A stretch of DNA of 64,000 nucleotides, taken from contig CBDCWG010000007.1 of NCBI GenBank assembly GCA_965223345.1, positions 288,001-352,000 on the forward strand. Reading direction: 5' to 3'. The position numbers were made by a program, and so were the translations under genes. This stretch comes from Nitrospinales bacterium (GTDB lineage: Bacteria > Nitrospinota > Nitrospinia > Nitrospinales > VA-1). Shown one piece after another: positions 52,363 to 60,610 of the stretch (position 1 is its first letter; each line of letters starts with the position of its first letter). The notes under the pieces are model-generated. The model did no database searches and was not told the DNA's origin. It worked only from the letters and a program-made list of their open reading frames with translations.

Positions 52363-55300
52363 TTAAATCTTCACGCGGACGTACTGACCTGCAAGGTACA
52401 TTTCCGCGAAACGGTCTTTCAACGGTGACTCCGGAGTGTAACCCGTACGTACGGGCTCCCAGAGTCCTTTACCATGGAGACCACCATCCTCGGCCTTGGC
52501 AAACTTAACCAGCGTCTCTTTCGGAACTGCGTTGATCGCGTGGTTGTCGGCTTCGTAACCGTGGAGGAACTTCATTTTGGTTTTTGCCTTATGGAACAGA
52601 CTGTCCGTCTGATGCATGGGCATCAACCAGGAACGCGTGATGGACTGCTGACCGCCGTACCGGAAGTTGGACTGATACGGAGTGGTCATGGACATGGCGC
52701 GGCCGTCGGGGCGTTCTTCATGTGCCTTAACGGTACGCTCCGTGCCGATCCACGTTGCGTGCTTCATCATGGTGGTATGGTACGGATACGCCGGGTTGTA
52801 CTTAGCCCGCAGCATGAGCCGTGCCACTTTGTACCTCGGATCGGACGGTTTCCAACCCATGTACGGTCGATCGGCGGGATTCGCGTCACAATATACATAG
52901 TCACCGTCGTTGATACCCAGGTCTTTACACAGGAACGGGTTCATATGAACCTGCCACTCACCAACACCCGGAGACCGTTTATCCATTCGATAAGGATCGC
53001 CGAAGTTGTTGTTCCAGATCATATTCCAGTCCGTGGTGGCCCAGGAAGAATGCGCGGTATGTCTGGATTTCGGAGTGACGCAGTAGAACCGATACCCCTT
53101 CTCCCACAAGAAGTTCTTGGTCGTACGCACTGCCGACCAGGGCTTCTTGATGTTGCGGACGTGGCGCAGATCCGGATCCTGCTCGTCTTCCGGAACACCG
53201 TAATCATCCGGGCGGATGTAGGGGTTCGTGGATACGATCACGTTCGGCAGATAAGGCGTGGCTTCAGGTCCTTCACGATGGACGATGAAGTTTTCGCCCC
53301 ACTCGATCGCTTCCGGCTCGTCATTGTAGAACTGGATACGACCGTTCGGAGTGTAGAAAGGTTTCGACTCCGTGAACATCTCCCAGAACGGAGACCGCGG
53401 ATAGGTTCTGTACAGCATCAGACAACATCCGGGCTCACCATACTTGCCGTTGATGATGTCGTCGATGTTGTAACCCATACCCGTGGTGGAGGTTGTGAAC
53501 ACACGCCTGATCATGGCTTTGGTGCGGTTGGGCGCTTCGCCTTCATAGACCTTCATATGATCGGCAAAACGTTTGTCACCGGTCACTTCCGCCAACCGCT
53601 TGGAGAACTCGCGGTGGATCAGGTTGTCGTCGATGGTGTCGAAAATCGGCTTGATGCCGGTTCCGCCCCAGATCTGATGGAACGGGTTCGAACACGCGGA
53701 CGTGATCTCGTAAGACTCGAATTCCGCCCAGGAGTTCGGCGCCAAAACGATGTCCGAGTACTCGCAGGATCCGGTGAACTCGATGTCCTGAGCCACGATC
53801 ATATCGACGTTGTTATTGGTGTTGAACACCAACTCATAGAACCACTTCGCGTTGTTGATGACGTTAACGTTAACGTACCAAACCAGCTTGGTGGGCGTCG
53901 GCATATGGGTACGGCCGGTGAACACTTTGCGTCCATACCGCGGGGTATTGACGACGAGTGCTTTATCACGGTGCGCCCAGTATCCGACTTCTTCACCCTT
54001 CAGGTAACCCTTCACGTTTTTCCAGTCGATGTTCTTGGCCGGATCGAGAACGGTGTTGAAGGGATCTTCCGCGACCATCGCGGCAAAACCAGGCCCTGAC
54101 CAGTGCGAACCCTGGTAGTTGCCGGCTTTGTAGTTACCCGCCCAGGTGTGAGATCCAGAACCTTTCGGGCCTACGTTACCGGTCAGCATCAGGGGCACAT
54201 AGGAAGCCCTGTTGTGCATCGTGGCGTGGAAGTAATGGTTGATGCCTTCCCCGTAGTGGATCTCAACCGGCTTGATGGTGCCGATGTCGCGAGATAGGCG
54301 AAGCACGAGATCTTTCGGGGCGTGACTGATCTGATAAACGGTATCCAGATCGTAGTCTTTCAGATGAACCTTATACATCTCATACAGAGGCATGACGGTG
54401 ATGGTCTTGCCGCTGACGAGCTTGATGTCATAAACACCGTCCAGTGCCGGATCGATGTTTTTCTTTCTCATCTTCGCGCCGATGTCTTCGCGGTTGATCG
54501 CAACCGGTTTGTCCGAGTTGGTATCCCACACGACGAAATCGGGCATTTTGTCACGGTTGAAGTTAGCCATCCACTTCGTGGTCGATCCATCTTTCGGCAG
54601 GGCCTGAGCCTTGTAGCCGGGGATGAAATCGTCCGGATGCAGACGGATCAGCGTGTCCGTGCGCACCAGAAGCGGCATGTCGGTGTACTCTTTCACGTAG
54701 TCCACATCGACGAGGCCTTCTTCCATGATGATCTTCGCGCAGCCCAGGAAGATGGAAATATCCGACAGGCCTGCACGTACGGGAACCCAGTAGTCCGCCT
54801 TGGTGGCCGGCGGGTTGTACTCCGGAGCGATGGCAACGAGCGTACCGCCACGTTCCATGATCTCGGTGTACCAGTGGGCTTCCGGCATTTTGTTCTCGAT
54901 CAGGTTCTTACCCCACTGAATGGTCATCTTCGCATAACGATGGTCCGCGAAGTCGATATCAGAGGTCTGCATTCCGTGTGTCCAGGAATGTCCAGGAGCC
55001 TGATCGCCGTGCCAGGTGTAGTTCGACCATGCGCGGCCGCCCAATACCTGTCCCGGTCCCCGGCCTCGAATGATCGAGTCCAGAAGCGCCACCTGGTTGC
55101 CCAGGCGGTAGATGCCGTATTTACCGATAACGCCGAGAAGTCCCATACCACCGCGATACTTGAAAGTACGCGGGCCGGAACCGCCCATCGCTTCGATCAT
55201 TTCAGGCTGGTAACCTTCGTTCTTCAGGCGCTGAGCACCGCGGGCGCCGCTGTATGCCTTCGCAACGGCCACGTGGCCTTTCGCCAGATAGGTGAAGGTC

Positions 55301-55824
55301 TGATCCCAGGTCAAACGAACGAACTCGTCCGTGCCCCGGCTGGTGAACTTATATTTTTCGCGGTTTTCTTTATCCAGAAACGGAAAACCGTCGTCCGCCC
55401 ACTGTTTCCAGCCAACGCGGATCATCGGATACTTGTTCCGATAAGGACCGTATGCGCGGCGGGGATACGTCATGCCACGCAGACACATGCGCGGGTTCCA
55501 CGCTGCGTCGGCCTGGTTGCCGTAAAGGTCGCGAACTTTGTGATGGTCGTAGTTCTGCTCGATACGCATCAGGATGCCGTTACGCACGAATCCACGCACG
55601 CGACACTGATGGGTGTCGTTCGGAGAACAACAATAGGTGAAGGACCGCTCATATTTATACTGATCGCGGTAAACTTCTTCCCATCGACGATCCGGATAGG
55701 ACTCCAGAGGGTTTCCTACCTTCACTACGGGCTTTAACTGAGCTCCTACTTTCTTGCTTGAAAGGGCCATAGCTGTCGCTACACCAGCACTCACCTGCAA
55801 GAATTTCCTTCTGTTTAACCTCAT
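52363..55824 (-). CDS. nxrA: Nitrite oxidoreductase alpha subunit (Tat-exported Mo-bisPGD enzyme)
   Basis: Tat signal NRRKFLQ; FS0 motif CSPNDTHQC...RMCLRG; WSNYTWHGDQAPG; TPKSRHTAHS. Confidence 0.95.
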   Translation of the reverse strand: MRLNRRKFLQVSAGVATAMALSSKKVGAQLKPVVKVGNPLESYPDRRWEEVYRDQYKYERSFTYCCSPNDTHQCRVRGFVRNGILMRIEQNYDHHKVRDLYGNQADAAWNPRMCLRGMTYPRRAYGPYRNKYPMIRVGWKQWADDGFPFLDKENREKYKFTSRGTDEFVRLTWDQTFTYLAKGHVAVAKAYSGARGAQRLKNEGYQPEMIEAMGGSGPRTFKYRGGMGLLGVIGKYGIYRLGNQVALLDSIIRGRGPGQVLGGRAWSNYTWHGDQAPGHSWTHGMQTSDIDFADHRYAKMTIQWGKNLIENKMPEAHWYTEIMERGGTLVAIAPEYNPPATKADYWVPVRAGLSDISIFLGCAKIIMEEGLVDVDYVKEYTDMPLLVRTDTLIRLHPDDFIPGYKAQALPKDGSTTKWMANFNRDKMPDFVVWDTNSDKPVAINREDIGAKMRKKNIDPALDGVYDIKLVSGKTITVMPLYEMYKVHLKDYDLDTVYQISHAPKDLVLRLSRDIGTIKPVEIHYGEGINHYFHATMHNRASYVPLMLTGNVGPKGSGSHTWAGNYKAGNYQGSHWSGPGFAAMVAEDPFNTVLDPAKNIDWKNVKGYLKGEEVGYWAHRDKALVVNTPRYGRKVFTGRTHMPTPTKLVWYVNVNVINNAKWFYELVFNTNNNVDMIVAQDIEFTGSCEYSDIVLAPNSWAEFESYEITSACSNPFHQIWGGTGIKPIFDTIDDNLIHREFSKRLAEVTGDKRFADHMKVYEGEAPNRTKAMIRRVFTTSTTGMGYNIDDIINGKYGEPGCCLMLYRTYPRSPFWEMFTESKPFYTPNGRIQFYNDEPEAIEWGENFIVHREGPEATPYLPNVIVSTNPYIRPDDYGVPEDEQDPDLRHVRNIKKPWSAVRTTKNFLWEKGYRFYCVTPKSRHTAHSSWATTDWNMIWNNNFGDPYRMDKRSPGVGEWQVHMNPFLCKDLGINDGDYVYCDANPADRPYMGWKPSDPRYKVARLMLRAKYNPAYPYHTTMMKHATWIGTERTVKAHEERPDGRAMSMTTPYQSNFRYGGQQSITRSWLMPMHQTDSLFHKAKTKMKFLHGYEADNHAINAVPKETLVKFAKAEDGGLHGKGLWEPVRTGYTPESPLKDRFAEMYLAGQYVRVKI

Positions 55825-56003
55825 AAAACTTGCCCTCCCTTTTGGTTATTGGAAGCAATAACCAATGGAATTAATGTTTGAGCTCTGTTCACTACGGCAT
55901 ACCTCCTGTATGCCTTCCGAATAATCCTCCCTTCTATACAAGAAAATTTTCAAATTCAACTCACTATCGTGGGTCATGGTTTCATCTACTTTGACCGGCC
56001 GGA

Positions 56004-57233
56004 TCAACCGACTCCGGCCCTCAACTCATAAACTTCGATGCAACGGTCACAGGCGCCGTCCTTGCTCTCCCAGTCCGGGAAATCGATCTGGATGGCTTCG
56101 ATGACCATTTCATCGCAGATACTCTCGGGATCGTCCACCCAGTTATAGGTGGGAAACTTGCACAACGGGCAAGGGGATCCCTGCAAATGAATGTAATCTC
56201 TCTCCTCTTCCGCAAAATCCGCTTCATCCACATACTTGGCCATCAGTGTGTCCAGATCGGTGGCCATCGACAACAGCTCTTCATGGGTGAACACTTCGGT
56301 GCGCCACAATCCTTCGAAGATACCCTTCCGCTGACCTTCCGGTATTTTGCGGTAGAAGTTGTCGAATTCGCGGTAGCGGGATTCCCTGGACATGACGGAC
56401 ACCACGCCCATTCTGGCAAGCCGCGCGTCCACATACACATTCCACAACAGGCGAAAACGGGCGGTGATCATGTTCTTCACGGAGGGATTGCCGGGAATGA
56501 AGGAATCCTCGTAATCGAACTCGGGATCGACCATGTCCTTCGCATGCATGAACTCGTGGATGAGAAAGGCGTCCAGCTCCTGAACTTCTTCAGGGTTGCT
56601 GAACCGGCTCGCCAAAACCCGCATCTCGATGATCGGCTTGTTGGAGGTTCGCGACAACACGTTGGAACCCTCGTCCACCTTGTTGATCGCACGCTTGACC
56701 ATGACTCCCTGAATGCGCTCCTCAAAGTCACGCGCCAAATCGTAGGCCACCTCGCCTTCATCGACTTCGCTGGGGTTTGGATCTGGATCTTCGGAAGCTT
56801 GTAAATCTTGCGTTTCGGTGGGTTCAGGCTGATTTTCTTCGGCGGGGGTGTTTTCTAGGGTTTCGCCTTGGGATGCTTCCGGGGAAGAAGCGCCTTCTTC
56901 TAGGGTTTCGCCGGGCGTTTCTTCCGCTGATGGTTCTTCTGAGGGGCGGGACTGAAGAGCTTTGTTGCGGCCGATGGAACGCTGGCTCTTGGGAATGAGA
57001 CCGACGGCCTCCAAAGCTCTGAGCACGTGATCCCCGAGTTTCAGTTTCTCTATAAAGAATAGGCGGTTTACCTTCTCGAACGCCTCTTCGCGATCGTCCT
57101 CGGGGAGTTCGTATATGGGGTCCGCAAGGGAATGGTACTCATCGTAGTCGGCACGGAAACCGGAACGCTCGTGGTGGTTCAGGTGCCTGAATACGGCTTC
57201 TTCCATCAATTGCGGGCTGTAGGTGACTTTCAT
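56004..57233 (-). CDS. Hypothetical protein with HExxH motif, acidic insert and C-terminal CxxC...CxxC
   Basis: LIHEFMHAKD; CPLCKFPT...CDRC; no signal peptide; directly upstream of nxrA. Confidence 0.85.
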   Translation of the reverse strand: MKVTYSPQLMEEAVFRHLNHHERSGFRADYDEYHSLADPIYELPEDDREEAFEKVNRLFFIEKLKLGDHVLRALEAVGLIPKSQRSIGRNKALQSRPSEEPSAEETPGETLEEGASSPEASQGETLENTPAEENQPEPTETQDLQASEDPDPNPSEVDEGEVAYDLARDFEERIQGVMVKRAINKVDEGSNVLSRTSNKPIIEMRVLASRFSNPEEVQELDAFLIHEFMHAKDMVDPEFDYEDSFIPGNPSVKNMITARFRLLWNVYVDARLARMGVVSVMSRESRYREFDNFYRKIPEGQRKGIFEGLWRTEVFTHEELLSMATDLDTLMAKYVDEADFAEEERDYIHLQGSPCPLCKFPTYNWVDDPESICDEMVIEAIQIDFPDWESKDGACDRCIEVYELRAGVG

Positions 57234-57315
57234 CTGCCCAATTCTATAAAGATATAGCGATCAGCGTGCAATAAAGATAACGATTTCCCGGCGCATCTTT
57301 TACCCTAGATGGACT

Positions 57316-57346
57316 AAGTTATATGTAACTTCAAAGCGGTTGTCAA
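57316..57346 (-). promoter_or_regulatory. Near-consensus sigma70 promoter with palindrome over the -10
   Basis: TTGACA (57346-57341)-17 bp-TATAAC (57323-57318); AAGTTA-TATG-TAACTT at 57316-57331. Confidence 0.7.
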
Positions 57347-57664
57347 GACAAACCCATCATTTTTTTTGGGGAAAAACTGGGGAAAAACCCTGAATTTTCC
57401 CGCCCCTTGCGTCGCCTGAGCGGGCCAACTCCCACCCATCGTTCAATTTTTCGACAACCTTTTGATAATTAAAACCTTTCCACAGAAATGAGCCCGCTTC
57501 GAATGATTTTTCATACTCTTTCGAACCGCCCTCTGCGTTTGCAATCTCACAATCTGCATGGATTATCACAATTCCTAACAAAACGGCGCCGCCGAATCGA
57601 AAAGTCAGGCCGTCTGAATTCATAGCCTTTTGCGCCACGGTGGGTTTTCGCCCGTTCGGATATC

Positions 57665-60262
57665 CTATTTTTTGTCGATGGTATCCTTCAGTTCGTCGAT
57701 TTCCCGGATCGCATTCATGATATGCTCGGGATCTCCCAGCTTTCGCGCCACCTCCCGGGCCTGCTCGAGGTATTTCTCGCATTCGTCCTTCCGGCTGATG
57801 AGGATTTCCATGCGGGAGACGGTCAAAAAGAGCTGGATCTGGTGTGAAAGCGCGTCCGCTTTGGCAAACTGCTCTGCGGCCTGATCGAAATAGGATTCGG
57901 CCTTCTCCAACTCAAGTTCCTTGAAATGCAGGTTGCCCAGATAGGTGAGATCCTGGGCGCAGCCGAGATGATCGCCGATTTCCTGAGTCAACTGCAGCGC
58001 CTTGAGATACAGATCCCTCGCCTGATCCCGCTGGCCGTTGCTGAAACTCAGGTTGGCCAGGTTGCGGTGATCCTCCGCCATGCCTTTCTTATCGCCCAGT
58101 TTTTCCACAATATTAAAGGATTCCCGATATTGGGCCTCGGCTTTTTCCTTGTACCCGCGGTCCAGGTAATAGCGGCCCAGATTTCTCAGGTCGATGCAGA
58201 TTTCCTTGCTGTCCTTCAGAGCCCGGGCGTTTTCGAGGGCCTTTTCCAGATAGGTCTGCTGTTTGACCCGGTCTTTCTTCTCGGAGTAGATGTTGGCCAG
58301 ATTGCGGCAGTCGTAGCAGGCGGATCGCAAGCTTTTGCTTTCCTCGGCGATTTCCAGCGCCTTGAGGGCGTATTTCTCGGCCTGGTTCCAGTCCTCCTTC
58401 TGGACGTACAAGGCGTACTGGTTGCGGTAATCCTCGCTCATTTCCAGGCGGTTGCCCATCTGCTCGTTGAGCTTTAAGGCCTCCAGGTAGTTGCGCTCGG
58501 CGCCGGCCCAGTCGGTCTTTTGCAGGCACATGTCGCCGAGATTACGGTGGTCGAGCATCTGCCCCGGCGTGTCGCCCTGACTCTCGTGCAGGGCGATGGT
58601 TTTTTTCATCAGCTTTTCGGCGGCGTCCAGCTTGCCCAGTTGAGCGAGTATTTTGGCGCGGTTGCGGTACAACTCGCCGAGCCCCTGCCTGTCTTTGAGT
58701 TTTTCCTTGATGCTGATCGCCTGGGCCAGGGTCTCACCGGCTTTCTGGAACTCCTTTTTCTCCTGCAGCACGCTGCCCAGGCCTTCCAACGCGGCGGCTT
58801 TGGAGGCTTCGTCCTTATCACCCAGCAAAGCGATGGCCTCCTCGAAGGCGGCCGCGGAGGGGTCGAGCTCTCCCGCCATGAACTGCACGTTGGCCAGCTC
58901 CATCAGCATTCCCACTTTGTTAGCGGGGTCTTTTTCGAGATTCGGGTCTGCAAGCTGCTTTTTGATGTCTTCCCGCCGCTGCGACAGGTATTTGGGCTGC
59001 GCCATGATGAAGACGAGCTTGTCCTGCACCTGCTGGGTGCTGCGGCTGTCCTTCATGGCGTCGTAGAGGGCGTTGGCGCGGGTGAGGTAGGACTCGGCCT
59101 CGCCGTATTCCTCCTTTTTCATGAGGATGTCGCCGATGGCTTCGCATTGCTGCGCCATGCCGGGCCGGTTTTCCAGGGCCTCCATGATCTCCAGCGACTG
59201 CCGGTACAGCTCCAGCGCCGGCTCCCACTGCTCCTGCAGGGTGCGCACCTGCCCGAGATTGGCGAAGCTTCTCGCCTCCCCCAACGCATCGCCGAGGGAA
59301 TTCATGATCTTGCGGGAATCCTCGTAATACTGCAGGGCCTGATCGAGTTCTTTTTTGTGCAGGCAGATGTTGCCGAGGCTTCCCAGAAGGTAGGACTGCC
59401 GCCGCTGGTCTTTGCCCTCCTGCACGATCTTCAGGGCCTTGCGGAAGTTCTCCTCGGCGTGATCGAGGTTTTCCTTGCCGCCGGTCTGCGCCAGCTGCAG
59501 GTAAGCGCCGCCCAGATTGCCGTAGCAGATGCCCGCCGACTGCGTGTCGCCCAGTTGCTCGAACAGCTGGATGGATTTCTGAATGGTGTCGGCGACCTTG
59601 TCCATGCGCGAGGATTTGAAATAGATCTCTTCCAGTTCCTGGTAACGCGCCAGCAATCCCTTCTTGTCGTCCGACTGCGTCAGGCTGTCGATGGTTTTCA
59701 GCAGCGCGTTTTCCTGCTGCTCGAGATAACGGGTGTTCTTCTGGATGGAGTCGATTTTTTCCTGCAGGGCCTGGATGCGGCCGGCTTCCTTTTCCGCGTC
59801 GAGACAGCCCTGGGCCTTGGCGAAATAATCCTTGGCGGTGTCGAATTCCTCTTTCTGCATGTGCACGTTGCCGAGATACTCGTAATAGACGCCCTGACCG
59901 CCGGTGTCGTTGGCCTTGACCATGAGCTGCAACGCTTTGTGGTAGTTTTCCTCGGCCTTGTCGAGACTGCCCTTGTACAGATACACCGAGCCGAGATTGC
60001 CGAGCGAGCTTTCGATGCCCTTTACGTCCTCCACCTTCTCCATCAGCGCCAGCGACTGGGAATAGTAGTCCTCGGCCTTGTCCAGCTTGCGGCTTTGGAA
60101 ACAGATGTTTCCCAGATTGCCGAGCACGTAGGCCTGGCCCGCTTCGTCTCCCGACTGGTGCATCAATTTCAGGGCTTTGAGAAAATGGGATTCCGCTTCC
60201 TGCAGGTTGTTTTTTTCCAGCGAGGCGTATCCGAGCTTTTCGTATTTTCTTCCGTCGTCCAT
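57665..60262 (-). CDS. Large cytoplasmic TPR-repeat protein
   Basis: Repeated about 40-aa units (LGNLGNI..A..YY.KAL) along the whole length; start at ATG 60262 inferred. Confidence 0.88.
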   Translation of the reverse strand: MDDGRKYEKLGYASLEKNNLQEAESHFLKALKLMHQSGDEAGQAYVLGNLGNICFQSRKLDKAEDYYSQSLALMEKVEDVKGIESSLGNLGSVYLYKGSLDKAEENYHKALQLMVKANDTGGQGVYYEYLGNVHMQKEEFDTAKDYFAKAQGCLDAEKEAGRIQALQEKIDSIQKNTRYLEQQENALLKTIDSLTQSDDKKGLLARYQELEEIYFKSSRMDKVADTIQKSIQLFEQLGDTQSAGICYGNLGGAYLQLAQTGGKENLDHAEENFRKALKIVQEGKDQRRQSYLLGSLGNICLHKKELDQALQYYEDSRKIMNSLGDALGEARSFANLGQVRTLQEQWEPALELYRQSLEIMEALENRPGMAQQCEAIGDILMKKEEYGEAESYLTRANALYDAMKDSRSTQQVQDKLVFIMAQPKYLSQRREDIKKQLADPNLEKDPANKVGMLMELANVQFMAGELDPSAAAFEEAIALLGDKDEASKAAALEGLGSVLQEKKEFQKAGETLAQAISIKEKLKDRQGLGELYRNRAKILAQLGKLDAAEKLMKKTIALHESQGDTPGQMLDHRNLGDMCLQKTDWAGAERNYLEALKLNEQMGNRLEMSEDYRNQYALYVQKEDWNQAEKYALKALEIAEESKSLRSACYDCRNLANIYSEKKDRVKQQTYLEKALENARALKDSKEICIDLRNLGRYYLDRGYKEKAEAQYRESFNIVEKLGDKKGMAEDHRNLANLSFSNGQRDQARDLYLKALQLTQEIGDHLGCAQDLTYLGNLHFKELELEKAESYFDQAAEQFAKADALSHQIQLFLTVSRMEILISRKDECEKYLEQAREVARKLGDPEHIMNAIREIDELKDTIDKK

Positions 60263-60544
60263 CGGGCAATCACTCGTAGAGGTTGATATCTTCAGTTTCG
60301 TCAGGGAATCGGGACCGCTGCGATCCACAGAAATGCGGGAACCTTTCTGCGTGCGCGCCGATAAAAGGTCCAGGTCTTGATGTTGAAAGTGAATGATATC
60401 GAATTATATTGCCCGGATAGAGTGCTGTCAATATGAGGTCCAAGGGGTGGACCGGAAACATTATAGCGCATCCGATAAAAAAAGTATTTGTTTTTTGGGT
60501 AGTCTCTATCGTTTCGCTAAAATCGGCGCGCAGGCAAGCAGGCA

Positions 60545-60574
60545 TTGACAGTGAGCCGATGCGCTTTCTATAAT
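60545..60574 (+). promoter_or_regulatory. Consensus sigma70 promoter
   Basis: TTGACA-18 bp-TATAAT, 36 bp upstream of ATG 60611. Confidence 0.65.
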
Positions 60575-60610
60575 CGCTGTTTGTTTTCCCCTCAACTTTT
60601 AATCCGCACT

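Noticed and set aside
52363..55824. Respiratory nitrate reductase NarG
   Set aside because: Tat signal, CxxxDxxxC FS0 motif, soluble EbdC-like partner and absence of narI indicate periplasmic-type NXR
48982..57233. Lower GC and different codon usage of the nxr cluster as a sign of recent horizontal transfer
   Set aside because: Compatible with highly expressed gene bias; no mobility genes or flanking repeats
55825..57664. Sigma54 promoter for nxr
   Set aside because: No correctly spaced GG-N10-GC motif seen in either intergenic region; a sigma70 consensus is present instead
57357..57782. 141-aa minus-strand ORF between the TPR gene and the nxr promoter
   Set aside because: Overlaps the TPR gene end out of frame and runs through AT-rich regulatory DNA; no protein-like features
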